Source: Raja brachyura
Lineage: Eukaryota
Assembly: GCA_963514005.1 (NCBI GenBank)
Contig: OY740814.1
Span: forward strand, 28,644,001-28,708,000
Direction of reading: 5' to 3'
DNA length: 64,000 nucleotides
Positions 24,554-39,200 of this stretch are shown here, piece after piece. The position numbers and the translations under genes are program-made. Numbering within the stretch: position 1 is the stretch's first letter; each line of letters opens with the position of its first letter. The notes below the pieces were generated by a model. The model was not told the DNA's origin, did no database searches, and saw only the letters and a list, made by a program, of their open reading frames with translations.

Positions 24554-25333
24554 TGTTAATATCATTCATTGTGGTGCACTTGACAAGATGGAGGATGACT
24601 GTTTAAAGGACCTGTAAAACCTGCTTGGCATCTTTTACAAAAAGCTGCAGAACCATGAGGTATAGATGGTTCCAGAAAGTCTCTGGCCTGCAAAGGGGTT
24701 GAATAGAGGTTGATGTCCAGATGGCCTGTAATTGGTAAAATGTATTAGATTTTGCAGAAGGAGCTAGATCCTGTTGCAAATGCATGTTGGGGATTGGTTG
24801 GGGAAATAATGGAATACAATTATGTTGCAGAGTCTTCTCACTGCTAATTATGATTGGTCCAGGAGAGGGGCCTGACCAAAGATGTTTATTTTACCTGGGG
24901 ATAATGTTTCTTTATTTAACAGAAGCGTTTCCCCCTAAATATTTGTGTTGAAACTATGTTATGTGTTATTGTATGATTGTGATAGGGAATTGTAATTGAA
25001 TGTATTTTGCAGCCCGTATCGATAATAGTCTAGTAGAGGTTGCCCCCCCCCCCCCCCCCCCCCCCCCCACCATGTATTTTTGGGTCATGGATCTGTAAGG
25101 GTATAAAAGAGCGGGGAGCACATTGGGGTGGGCCGATCTTCTGGGGTGTGTGTTCTATTTGCATGAGGCTGTTCGGCTCAAGTGAGTAGAGACAAGGATC
25201 GGTCCACGGTATTGGACTAGGTATTGTATTGGTTCTGGTATTGTGCACAATAAAGAAAGTTGGATTTCCAGTGTTCGTATTCGGTGTTTGACTGAACCAG
25301 ACTAAAGGGGGTAAGTTTAGGACCGGAATTACA
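24554..25333 (+). mobile_element. Probable ERV 3' LTR
   Basis: Polypurine tract AAAAGAGGGGAA 24542-24553, then TGTTAAT...ATTACA termini. TATAAAA near 25102 and AATAAA near 25249. Confidence 0.7.
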
Positions 25334-25359
25334 TGAGAAGGTGACAATGAGGCATACAG

Positions 25360-25820
25360 AGATAAAATGTAATCAGGGCGACAGTCAGACTGATCGGAGA
25401 ACTAGGAAGGGGGAGGGATGGAGAGAGAGGCAAAGCAAGGGTTACTTGAAGTTAGAGGTCAATATTCATACAGCTGGGGTGTAAGCTGCCCAAGCGAAAT
25501 ATGAGATGTTGTTCCTCCACATTGCAATGGAGGAGGCCCAGAACAGAAAAGTCAATAGGGAATGGGAGGGGGAGATAAAGTGTTTAGCAACTGGGAGATC
25601 AGGTAAGTTTAAGCGGACTGAGCAGAGATGTTCAGTCAAATGATCACTGAGCCTGCCTTGGTCTCGCGGATAAATAGGAGTCCACACCTGGAACAGCAGA
25701 TACAGTAGAAGAGGTTAGAGGAGGTTCAAATGAAACACTGCCTCGCCTGAAAAGACTGTCAGGGTCCTGTCAGGGTCCTTGGACGTAGTCAATGGAAGAG
25801 ATATAGGGACAGGTGTTGAA
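25360..25820 (-). mobile_element. Penelope-like element 3' fragment (GIY-YIG end)
   Basis: RLSDHLTEHLCSVRLNLPDLPVAKHF..PSHS; paralog of 46530-46900. Confidence 0.75.
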
Positions 25821-27206
25821 TCCTCTGTGGTTGCAGGGGAAAGAATAGAATAAACAAGGTGTGAATGGTCCTTGATTATGCTGGTTCCTTTCCTGAGGCC
25901 ACATGAAATATGGGTGGGGTCGATGTGGGAGGAGGCTAGTGTGACGAGTCAACATCCACAACGTTCTACAATCTCTTGTAGTCTTCGGCAGAGCTGTGTC
26001 GATGTTTTCTATTTCATAAACAAATAAGGATCCCATCAGCTTGACATTTCCTGACTGTCTGAACCGCCATCACCTACAAGATTACCTGATATCTGCCTCA
26101 TGAAGGCAGCATCTATCATCAAGAATCCCCATCATCATGTCCACTTCTTGATGCTACCCTTGGGCAGGATGTACAGAAGCCTGAGGTCCCACTATTCTTA
26201 CCCTGATTACATGTTTAAGACCATCTTTCCTTTAACCATGAGGTTCTTGAACTGACCCTAATCCTACCTCAATGGAATACTATGGAGCACCTCTTGCACT
26301 AACATGGACCATTTTTGCTTCAAAGTCAGAGATCAAGAGAGCACGCAAACATTCAGATATATATTTATTTATCCAGAAATTAATTAAAGTGCTTTGCTGT
26401 TAACAATTTGTAATAAGAATGATAATTGAATAGAAAATGGGTTTATATTCGCTGAATTTAGAAGAATGAGAGAGAACCTAATTGAAACTATAAAATTCCG
26501 ATGATATTGAACAGATCAAATGCAGGAAGGACGTTTCTGATGGTGGGTAGTCCAGAACCAGGAGTCATAGTCTCAGGATACAGGATAGGCCATTTCATAC
26601 TGTGGTGTAGAGAACATTCTTCACCATACGATTGCTGAACCTATGATGTGGTCTACCACAGAAGACAGTTGAGCTGAAATCATTACATATGTCCAAGCTG
26701 GAGTTTGATTTTGTAATGGAGACACAAGAAACTGAAGATACTGAAAACTGAAGCAATAAAAATGTGCTGAAGTAGCTCAGTGGATCAGGCAGCATCTCTG
26801 GAGGGAATGGACAGTCAATGTTTTTGGTCGGGACCCTTCTTCAGACTGATGGACTTGGTGGGAAAAAGAAAGCTGAGTTGGGACAAGGGATAGGTGGGCA
26901 CATGAGGGTTGTGATTGGCAGATGGGTGGAGTAAGTCACAAAGGGTGAGGATCAAATGCAAACAAAAGGGTGTCAGATAAGGAGAGGAGGAGGAGTGAAA
27001 TGTCAAGCCAGAGGGAGGGATATGGGTGGAAGAGGCAAGAGGGGATAAAAGGGAAATATGGGACACAAGAATGGGAGATGAGTGTCTGGAGATCCTGGGG
27101 ATTGATTTGTGCCGCTAATTCGTGTGGTTTCTCTGAAGATGTTGGAATTCCAAACTGTCCTCTCCTGTGCCATTCCCAGAACGTGTGTTTCCTGTTCCTG
27201 ATCCAA

Positions 27207-30200
27207 TTATACATTTGCGTATATGGAATCTTCCATCGGGCAGTTTGCATAAATATCTTCATGAAGTTGATTCATGTTCAGCGTGGTTTTGGGGTCCTTC
27301 AGACCTTTGTCCTGTGACACGAATGAAAATAGACAGAGTGACAAATGGCAGCACTGGCAATTGCTATGTATGGGTCTGGAAAATACTGCACCCACAATAG
27401 GCGGCACAGTGGCATAGCGGTAGAGTTGCTGCTTCACAACGCTAGAGTCCCAGGTTCAATCCTGACTGCATGTGTTGTCCACAGAGTTTGTGCATTCTCC
27501 CCGTGACATTTGTGGATTTTCTCCAGAGGCTCCGGTTTCCTCCAATGCTCCAAAGTCATACAGGTTTGCAGGTTAGATGGATTCTATAAATTGTCCCCAA
27601 TGTGCAGGACAGTTCTAGTATATGGGTAATCGCTGGTCGGCACAGACTCGGTGGGCCAAAGGGCCTCTTTCTGCTCTGCATCTCTAAACTAAATTCAACT
27701 AAACAAAATAAATGCCGATAATCATTGATCAATAGTGGATTTGATTTTATGATTTCAGTCTCAGGGTGACAGGTGGGATCACAGGGGAGTACACTCCCAC
27801 CTCTCCGAGAGGTGGTTCTGGGTTCAAGACCCTCCTGCTGTGTCTGTAACACAGAAACCAAGGCAGACACTCGCAGGCAGTACTGAGAGACCGTCTGTTT
27901 AGTGGGGCATTGCTGAGGGAATGTCACACGGCTGGAGGGGCTGCAGATCCCAAGCTGGGTTGGGTTTGATTGTTTAATTTAATTTTTTGTTTTAGTTTTA
28001 GCGCGGAAACATGCCCTTCTGTCCAACGAGTCCGAACTGACCAGTGATCCCCACTAATTAACACCAGGGACCCTGCATAAACTAGAGACTATTTACACCA
28101 AGCCAATTAACCTACAAACTTGTACGTCTTTGGAGTGTGGAAGGAAAACGAAGATCTCGGAGAAAACCCACATAGTCACGGGGAGAACATACAAACTCCA
28201 CACACTCAGCACCCGTAGTTAGGATCGAACCCGGGTCTCTGGTGCTGCAAGCGCTGTAAGGCAGCAACTCTACCGCTGCGCCACCGTGGCCACTGGAGCT
28301 GTGTCCGGAAAAGTGGAGCAGTGTTGTACCAGTGTCCACCTTGCTTTAGTCTCAGTGACGTGTGTTTGTCCAGTGAGAAAGGAATACAGTAACTGTGACA
28401 GGCATCACTCAGGATGGTTATTACCTGGGCTGTTTCAGACCGTGTGCGGTGCATTTTATAGCGTTCCTCCTGCATCTGTCTCTCTCTCATCTGCACGATT
28501 CCAGATTCCTCCCTTGTCACCGTTCTCGATGCATCCACTGGAGGTCTAAGAGCAGAAATAAAGGCTTTGTTAACCCACAGTATCAGAAATGTTCCTTGTC
28601 GGGGAGGGAATTATTGACTATATATGCATTTACATTATTTTGTTAATGGGCCTGTAAAGCTGCAGCAGATAAGCCTTTCATTGCTGGTACATGTGGCAAT
28701 TAAACACTCTTGAATCTACCGACCTGCACAACCCTCATCCTACATCAACAACAGAACACTACGGACCACCTCATGCACGACCATGGAATTGTTTTATTTT
28801 ATTTTTCATTTATGTTTTTGCAATTATATATTTTTTTGTATGTTTAAGAAAGAAAGGCAGATGCTGGAAAAATCAAAGGTAGACAAAAATGCTGGAGGAA
28901 TTCAGCGGGTGAAGCAGCATTTATGGAGATATTTTCTTTTCAATATTATAAGTATAACTTGTTTTTGTATGTTTGTCTATGATGTTGTTGCAAGCAAGAT
29001 TTTTAATTGTCCCTGTGTCTCTGTATGAAAATAAATGTGAACGAACTGAACGGCTGGAATTGGGCTGGAGGGATGGAGGGGATCTCAGGGACGGGGACAA
29101 ACACCCACCTGTCTGTTCTCCATCGTGATTTGAGAATGCAGCAAATCACAGACGATAGGATGATCAGGAACACAACCCCTGCTGCAGCAGCCAATGGGAT
29201 GACTGGTAACCTCTGTCCATGTGTTGCAGGAACTGAGGCCAAAGAGATGGTTATTAGTGACGGTGTTCACAGTTTCATTAACTTGCTCTCACAAAGACCC
29301 ACCTCTCATCCACAGTAGCCTTCAGCAACCCACTGTGTTTAACTGTACACAAGTACAGCAGTTGTTGAAAAGAGAAAAATAACACATTTCAGAATATAGT
29401 GTTTCAGTTATAGCATTAAAGTTCTAGAGAAAACAAATCCAAGATCCACAATGAAGTCGGTTGCAAAACCGGGACCATGCTAGTTTATGGCAGGAAGTTC
29501 AGGATTAATGTATTAGGTAGGAGGGATATGGACCAAGAGCAGGCAAGTGGGACGAGTGTAGCTGGGACATTGTTGGCCGGTGTGGGTGAGTTGGGCCGAA
29601 GGGCCTGTTTCCACACTGTATCACTCTATGACTCTAAGCGATGTCTGTAATCATTCTCACCTAGCACACAGCTAACAATGGCCTGTTTTCTTTATTATCG
29701 TTACTTTTTTGTATATTTGTTATTAATTTGTTTTGTGCAATCTATAACCACTGCAATCAGTGGCAGCAATGAAACATAATACCGCAGGCTAATGGAGTGA
29801 TACAGTGTGGAAACAGGTTCTTCGGCCCAATATGTCTCAGTTACACTAGTCCCACCTGCCTGCGTTTGGTCCATATTCCTCCAAACTTGTCCTATCCATG
29901 TACCTGTCTAACTGTTTCTTTAAAGTTGGGATAGTCCCAGCTGCACCACCTTCTCTGGCAGCTTGTTCCATAAACACATCATCCTCTGTGTGAAAAAGTT
30001 ACACTTAGGTCACTATTTAAACCTTTTCCCCTTCACCTTAAACATATGTCCACTTGTCCTCGATTCACCTGATCTATTCTCTCGTGATTTTATACACCTC
30101 TATAAGATCACCCCTCATCCTCCTGCTCTCCAGGGAATAGCGTCACGGCCTACTCAACCTCTCCCTATAGCTCACACCCTCTAGTCCTGGCAACGTTAAA

Positions 30201-33200
30201 TCTTCACTGTACCATTTCCAGCTTGACAAAATCTTTTCTATAAAATGGTGCCCTGAACTGTACACAATACTCTAAATGTGGTCTCATCAACGTCTTATAA
30301 AACTGCAATATGACCTCCCTGCATCTATACTCAAAACACTGACAATACTTAGACCACCTTATCTACCTGCGACTCAACCTTCAAGGAACCATGCACCTGC
30401 ATTCCTCTGGTTTGCGACACTCCCCAGAGCAACACTGAGTAGGTCCTGCCCAAGTTAGACTTCCAAAAATGCAACACCTCATATTTTTCTGTATTAAATT
30501 CCATCAACCATTTCTCAGCGCACCTGACCAATCGATCCAGATCTTGTTGCAATTTTTCAAAACCATCTTCACTCAGAATACTCTTGAGTAGCTTTCCATC
30601 GACAGATGTTAAGCTCACTGGCCTATAGTTCCCAGCATTTTCCTGCAGCCCTTGTTGAATAGAGGCACAACATTTGCCACCCTCCAGTCTTCCGGCACCT
30701 CTTCTGTATTTAAAGATGACTCATAAATTTCAGCCAGTGCTCTGGCAAATTCCTCCCTAGTTTCCCACAATGTCCTCAGAAATATCTGATCAGCCCCTAG
30801 AGATTTGTCTACCTTCATATACGACAGTACCTTCAGCACCTCTTCGACCTTAACATAACGTAAGTTCCTCCGTCCTCCTGTCTTTCTCCTCGGTACATAC
30901 AAAGGAGAAATACTCATTAAGGACCTTTCACATCTCCTGTGGCTCCACACAGAGCTGACCACTTTGATTCCTGAGGGGTCCCACTCTCTCTCTAGTTACC
31001 TATTTTTCCCTTATGTATTGATAAAAGCGTCGGTAATTACAGCTTAGGTAATTTACAACACCTCCTATGTTTGTCTTTGGAGAGACACGTCGGTGTGTTC
31101 ACTCACGTTCTATGGTGAGGGTCACAGTCCTTTCCGCTGTCCCATGCTTATTCTCCGCCACACACTGATAGACCCCAGTGAGGCGCGGTGTCACCTGAGG
31201 AAACTCCAACCACAGCTCGTTGTTGGAACTTGTTCTGTTCAGTGTAACACCGAGATGTCTCCATGTCAGGTTAGACGCTGGGAAACTCTGGACGGTGCAG
31301 AGGATCACTGTCGAGTTCCCTTCCTTTATACTGACCCAGGAATTGTTCACCTTGTCGGAAGAAGTGATTGAGAGATTCTGTGGGGAATCTAAAAGCAAAT
31401 ACAGATCAGTGCCTGGGCACCAGTTGTGGGGCATCTTCACAGATCACTGGTGGAAAACGTCTGATATTCATGCAAGTTTTATTCTGTTCAGGCTACCGAG
31501 GAAATTGCTATATGATAAGAAAGGCAAAATGCAGCATATTATGGGGCAGTGTTGAGGGACCTCCATACTGTTAATGGGGCAATGTTGAGGGAGTGCCGCA
31601 CTGTGGGTGGGTCAGTAGTGAGAGAGAGCTGTGCTGGCAGGTGGGCAGTGCTGAGGGAGTGCCGCACTGTGGGAGGGGCGGTACTGAGAGACCACCACAT
31701 TGGGAGGGCCAGTACAGTGGGAGCTCCACACTTTGTAAGGGGCAACACTGAGGGAGCATCAACCCTGGGGAGGGGCAGTATTGAGGGAGCCTCGCCCAGC
31801 AGAAGGGGCAGTGCAGTGGGAGTGTCTCCTGAAGCAGGAGAGGAGTATCCCAAGTGTCCTTGCCAGAGTTACTTGGGAAAAGACAGATGTTTCTGCCAGG
31901 TTTACAGTGCCGCTGTGGAATCATGCTGTGTACAATGCGGACTATTGGTATTTGTTTACAATAAATAATCTTCATACTTACATTGCACAGTCAGTGTGAG
32001 GGTCTGCTCCGATGAAACAGTTTGGTATCCGACTCTGCAGGTGAGGATTTGCCCGTGATGTTTGAGCGCTGGGGTCAGGGACACAACAGAAGTATATGTC
32101 AGGTTGTCACCCCACTGAGTTACACTGTGTGAGACTGACGGTGGTTCATCAGTGGGGGTGACCCAGGTTAAGGTGGGAGCTGTTCCATCACATGTGGTGT
32201 TGAAGGTGCAGGTTACGTTCACAGTCTTTCCTTCCACCGTTTCAACAGGGAATATTGAGGGTTTATCTGTGAAATCTAATAAACAGAAACTTTCAGTTAA
32301 ATGTCACCAGACGTTGCCCTGTGAGGGAACAGCACAGCTGGCAGTTTAGATGTTGTCAACTTGCCCTTGCACTGGCCCTCTCGGCTTGAGGGAGCACTGC
32401 AATGGTGGAGAGGTCTTTGGTTCTCCAGTTGTGACAGACCTGATAAATACTGTTGGGCATTCCTGAGAAATTCCTCTATCCAGTCGAGGAAACGCCACCT
32501 CATTCCCATTAGAAGGGCTTGTGGTGAATAACAGAGATGGATTGTGAGGAACCAGATAAGCAGAGAGAGTGGCATCTGAAGTGGTGATGAGGGACATGAG
32601 AACAGGTGGAAGGATTTCAAGTCTATTGTCATATGCACACGGAGGGTGAGGTATAGGAGTAGTGAAAATCAGCAGGATCACAGGCACATGGAGAAACACA
32701 CAAAAAACACATTTTTGCATGAATTACACAAAAGATTATAAAAGAAAGACTGCAATAAAAACAGCCAATTAGTGCAAAAACATAATTAGAATAGCAGAAA
32801 CCAAGTCCATGCCAGTACAAGGTGGTCTGTAGTGTTCCACTGCTGAAGTAGTATTAGAGTTGTGTAGGTCGGTTCAAGAATGTGTCCATAGTAGTAACAT
32901 AGCTGTTGCTGACCTGTGGTGTGGGACTACAGGATTCTGTAGCTCCGATCTGTCGGTAGCAGTGAGAAGCGAGCATGGCCCACATGATGGGGATCCTTGA
33001 TGATAGATGCTGCCATCTGGAGGCAGGTCATTGGAGTTGCCAAACTCCATGATGCCATGATGCAACCAATTAGGATACTTTCTTCAGTGTATCTGTGGAA
33101 GTTTGTTGGAATATTTGGAGACGTAGTGCAACAACTCTCCCTAAACTCCCTAGTGAAATTGACGAGGGTAAAGCAGTGGATGTTGTCTATATGGACTTCA

Positions 33201-36200
33201 GTAAGGCCTTTGACAAGGTTCCTCATGGAAGGTTGGTTAAGAAGGTTCAACTGTTGGGTATAAATACAGGAATAGCAAGATGGATTCAACAGTGGCTGAA
33301 TGGGAGAAGCCAGAGGGTAATGGTGGATGGCTGTTTGTCGGGTTGGAGGCAGATGACAAGTGGGGTGCCTCGGGGATCTGTGTTGGGTCCTTTGTTGTTT
33401 GTCATGTACATCAATGATCTGGATGAAGGGGTGGTAAATTGGATTAGTAAGTATGCAGATGATACCAAGATAGGGGGTGTTGTGGATAATGAAGAGGATT
33501 TCCAAAGTCTACAGAGTGATTTAGGCCAGTTGGAAAAATGGGCTGAAAGATGGCAGATGGAGTTTAATGCTGATAAATGTGAGGTGCTACACCTTGGCAG
33601 GACAAATCAAAATAGGACGTACACGGTAGGGAATTGAAGAATACAGTTGAACAGAGGGATCTGGGAATAACCGTGCATAGTTCCTTGAAGGTGGAATCTC
33701 ATATAGATAGGGTGGTAAAGAAAGCTTTTGGTATGCTAGCCTTTATAAATCAGAGCATTGAGTATAGAAGCTGGGATGTAATGTTAAAATTGTACAAGGC
33801 GTTGGTGAGACCAAATCTGGAGTATGGTGTACAATTTTGGTCGCCCAATTATAGGAAGGATGTCAACAAAATATAGAGGGTACAGAGGAGATTTACTAGA
33901 ATGTTGCCTGGGTTTCAACAGCTAAGTTACAGAGATAGGTTGAATAAGTTAGGTCTTTATTCTCTGGAGCGCAGAAGGTTAAGGGGGGACTTGATAGAGG
34001 TCTTTAAAATGATGAGAGGGATAGACAGAGTTAATGTGGACAAGCTTTTCCCTTTGAGAATAGGGAAGATTCAAACAAGAGGACATGACTTTAGAATTAA
34101 GGGACAGAGGTTTAGGGGTAACATGAGGGGGAACTTCTTTACTCAGAGAGTGGTAGCGGTGTGGAATGAGCTTCCAGTGGAAGTGGTGGCGGCAGGTTCG
34201 TTGGTATCATTTAAAAATAAATTGGATAGGCATATGGATGAGAAGGGTATGGAGGGTTATGGTATGAGTGCAGGCAGGTGGGACTAAGGGAAAAAAGTTT
34301 TTCGGCACGGACTTGAAGGGCCGAGATGGCCTGTTTCCGTGCTGTAATTGTTATTGTTATTGTTATTATTGTTAAACTCAGGAAGTAGAGGTACTGGTTT
34401 GCCTTCTTCACAATTGGGTCAATGTGCTGCACACCTACGACAGGTCATCCAGGAATTTGAAGCTGCCAACCCTCTCCACCATCAACCCATCAATAAAAAC
34501 CGACACCTGATTTCCCGACTTCCCCTTTCTGAATTCAACAATTAGTTCCTTGGTCTTGTTGACCCTAAATTAGAAATAATTGTTGCCGAATCATTTATCC
34601 AGCCTTGTGTGGAACAGGAACCCTACACAGAGCTAATTTGGGAGATACCAACTCTTTAAATAGAATTACATTTCTATGCTGGCTTCAAGAAGATAAGTGG
34701 ATCACAGCTTTGAGTCATTCCCTTACTGAATATGCCCAACATTACATTACACATGTGCAGCAAAAATAAAAAAAATAATATGTATCAATAGCAACAACCA
34801 AAGAGAAATGCTGTGGAGGTTGCTGGAACTTTTCTACACACGGCTGCTTTTTCAATGTATTTGGGCAGAGAGGGAGGGAAGGTTTGGGGTGGTGGATAAG
34901 GTGCAAATTAAGCAGATTGTGCAGTTGTGAAGCTATACAGTATGGAAACAGGCCCTTCAGTTCACCTTGTCCATGCTGGTAATAGTGTTATTCCACGCTA
35001 ATGTCATTTGCCTATGTTTGGCCCCTATACCTCCATATGCTTCCTATCCATGTTTATGTCCTCTGGCATCTCATTCCAGATGTGGACTACTGTCTGGGTG
35101 AAAAAGTTCCCCCTGAGGTCCTTTTTAAATCTCTCCCCTCTCACCTTAAGCTGAAGCCTTCTAGTTTTAGCATTGTCTATCCTGGGGCAAAGACTGTGAA
35201 CACTCACTTTATCCATGCCCCTCACTACATATGGTGCTGCTGGAGTTGGCAAGTGGGGAATACATAGAACCTAGAACAATGCAGCACAGCACCAGGCCCC
35301 TTGGTGCACAATGTCTCTGCCAACATGTTGCCGAGACTAACTCGATCTGCCTGCACATAATCTATATCCCTCCATTCCCTGCATAACCATGTGCCTATCC
35401 AAAAGTCTTTTAACTGCCACAATTGTATCTTCCTCCACCACCACCCTTGATAGCGTGTTTCTGTTGCTCACCGCCCTCTGTGTAGAAAAACGTGCCCTGC
35501 ACATCTCTATAATTATAAAACTCTGATCTTGGATGTGGATGTATTTATTTGTGTGTGTGTGTCGTGTTTGTCTGTGATTCACATCTGCTCGAAAGTACGA
35601 CGCGTTAACGGTGACATTTTACATATTCCAATAGAGATTTACATATTGATCTCAAAAATTGCCTCATCTGAAAATTTGATTCATTATTTCTTGAGTTATT
35701 TATTAAAATTGTTCACAAAAAATAAATATTTTTTAAAGCTAACGTGCTGATGACGTCACAATGGCTCTGCTCCTCGCGGCCCGCTGCACAGTGTTTTCAA
35801 CACGCAGCCTGATAGGCATTTTTTCCATGCGCTGCGAGTTACATCCACACCCTCTTCCCACTCTCTCTTTCCCCTCTCCTCCCCCCTCCCCCTCTCCTCC
35901 CCATCCCCCCCTTCTCCCACCTCTTTCCCCCTCTCCCCCCTCCTCCTCCAACCCCCCCTCTCCTCTCCCCCTTTCCTCCCCCCTCTTGTCCTGCCATCCC
36001 CCTCCCACCCCACCACTCCATCCCCCCCCCTCTCCACCCCCTCTCCCCCCCTCCCTCAATCCCCACTCCCTCCACCCCCCCCCCCCCCTCTGTCTCTGGG
36101 GTAAAAGAAGCCAATGAATAATATTAATATCATATCAAGGGGGATGGTTAGTGTGTGTGTGTGTGTGTGTGTGTGGTGGTTAGTGTGTGTGGGGGGGGTG

Positions 36201-39200
36201 TGCTAGTATGTGTGTGGGGGGGGGGTGTGCTAGTGTGTGTGTGGGGGGGTGGTTAGCGTGTGTCTGAAGCTGCAGGCTGCCCCGCCTGCCTCCACAACCG
36301 CAAGTTGAGCGGACGGGACCCAACGGTTCTCCATCGGTCTAGTCTCTGTTAAACTTTGCCCCTCTTACCTTAAAACTATGCCCTCTAGTATTTGATATTT
36401 CCTTCCTAACAAAAATATTCTAATTGTCTATCCTATCGATGTCTATTATAATTTCATATATTTCTATCAGGTATCCTCTCAATATGCAATGTACCAGAGA
36501 AAACAATTCAAATCAACGGACCCCAACTACACTACATCCTACGGAAGATCCACCGCTTCAATCAACAATTCCTGTCCCACCTTACCTCCACCAAGGACCT
36601 GAAATTAGCCCGCCTCCAGGCCGTTCCAGCCACCGACAATCCCCGACTCGACCGCCCGCAGGCCCCGGGCCCCAACTCTGGCCCGAGCCGCCGGCCTGAG
36701 TCCCCCGACGCCATCTTGGCCACAAGCAGCACCTCCAGGACTCACCAGGACGCCACTTTCACCGACCTCCACGCCGATGCTGCCGCCGACCTCCACCTGC
36801 CTACCGATGACGCCCAGCCCCGCTGCCTACCCGGTAACTCTGTTTATCTTCCCCTCCCTGATTCCACCGCCCATCTCCAGCACAACGCGACCGCCGAACC
36901 TCGCCGCCCCCCGGAACCACCTAACCTCATCACCGCACCGGGCCCATCCAGCATCGCCGGTGTACTGGGCCCGCCGAAGATCAGAGCCGCACCCGCCTCA
37001 CCTTGCATCGCCGCCGGACCGGGGCCCCCCGAACATGGCCGCCGCACCGCACCCCACTCTTCTCGCCGCCTCACCGGGCGGTCTGAACCTTGCCGCCCCA
37101 CCGACCACTCGCCCACCGGGACCTCCCATGCGTCGCCCGCCGACACCGACTCCACTGCCCGCGGACTCCTACCTTAGAGCCCGCCGACCCACGACACTCC
37201 ACCGCCCTCCAGCAGCCCGCAGCCGTCGCCTCACCTACAGACTGGACTGTGCAGCGGGCCTGAAGCCTCCACGTTGCTCACTCCTACCACCTCTCTGTTT
37301 GTAACGGAACTGGGTCCTAGTGCCCGTCTCCCCAGCCCCGGTGACCTCAGTGGCTATTCCACTGGGTCTTCCCCATCCCCCTCCTACTATGTAACCCCTG
37401 CTCTTTCCCACCCACACCACAGCCCCCATACCCACCCACCCCCTGACCACCCTCCACCCCCCCACCACACAACGCTCCATCCTCAGTCCACTCACCTGCC
37501 TTCCTCCAGCCACAACCCCCATCCCTGCCGCATGTTCACCATCCCCCCGGACCTCCCCCTCTCCGACACCGAAAGCTCGGTCCTCAGCAGAGGTCTTACC
37601 TTTGTCCCCCTCCGTCCCCACCTCAATGAGTTCCGCGCCCACCACGACTTGGAGCTCTTCTACCATTGCCTCCGCCTCACAGCGTTCTTCCACAGGAATA
37701 AGTCCTCGCCCCCCACTGATGATCCCTTTTCCTGTCTCCCACGTACCCCCTCCTCATGGACCCCCCCCTCGTGGCCCTCCAGTTTTAGAACTCTTTATAC
37801 AGAACTGCCATCGGGACATCAACCGCCTGGACTTCTCCACTCCCCTGTCTCACTCCAATCTCTCCCCCCCCCCAAACGTACTGCCATCGACTCACTCCGT
37901 AACAACCCAGACTGGGTTATCAAACCCGCCGACAAGGGAGGTGCCGTGGTAGTCTGGCACGTCGATCTCTACAAAGCAGAGGCCACGCACCAACCCTCGG
38001 ACACCTCCTCCTACTTACCCCTGGACCATGACCCCACTGACGAGCACCAGGCCACCATCTCGAGCACCATAACCGACTTCATCAACTCCGGCTCCCTACC
38101 CCCCCGAGCCTCCAACCTCATCATTTCCCAGCCCCGCACAGCCCGATTTTACCTTCTCCCCAAAATCCACAAACCCGACTGCCCCGGCAGACCCATTGTC
38201 TCTGCCTGTTCGTGCCCCACCGAACACATTTCCACATACCTTGACTCCATCCTATCCCCCTTTGTTAAATTCCTCCCCACCTATGTTCAAGACACCTCAG
38301 ACACTCTCCGTCGGCTCCGCACATTCCGTTGTCCAGGCCCCCATCCTCTCATCTTCACAATGGACGTCCAGTCACTATACACCTCCATCCCCCACCAGGA
38401 TGGTCTCAAAGCCCTCCGGTACTTCATCGACCAGAGGAGCAACCCATACCCGTCCACTGACACCCTCCTCCGCCTAGCGGAGTTGGTCCTTACCCTCAAT
38501 GACTTCTCCTTTGACTCCTCCCATTTCCTCCAAACACAAGGCGTAGCTATGGGCTCACGCATGGGCCCTAGCTATGCTTGCCTCTTTGTCGGGCACGTCG
38601 AACAATCTTTGTTCTCGGCGTACCAGGGCCCCATCCCCGACCTCTACCTCCGTTACATCGACGACTGCTTTGGTGTCACCTCCTGCACCCATGCACAACT
38701 GACTGACTTCATCCATTTCACCACCAACTTCCATCCGGCACTCAAATACACTTGGACCATTTCTGACATTTCCCTACCATTCCTTGACCTCACCATCTCT
38801 ATTGCAGGTGATATACTCCTGACTGACATCCACTACAAACCAACTGACTCTCACAGCTACCTGGACTACTCTTCCTCCCACCCTGCTTCCTGTAAGGACT
38901 CCATCCACTATTCCCAATTCCTCCATCTACGCCACATCTGCTCCCAGGATGAGGTGTTCCAGGTCATCACAAATGTCCTCGTTCTTCAGAGAACGGCGTT
39001 TCCCCTCCCCCACTATAGATGAGGCTCGCACCAGGGTCTCCTCCATACCCCGCAACACTGCCCTCTCTTCCCACTCACAACAAGGGCAGAGTCCCCCTGG
39101 TCCTCACCTTTCACCCCACCAGCCGGCGCATACAACAGATAGTCCTCCGCCAGTTTTGCCACCTCCGACGTGTACTTGTGTTGCCACCTTCAGAGTTATG

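Noticed and set aside
27401-27470. tRNA gene
   Set aside because: A/B boxes continue into a SINE body and tail; it is a tRNA-derived SINE head.
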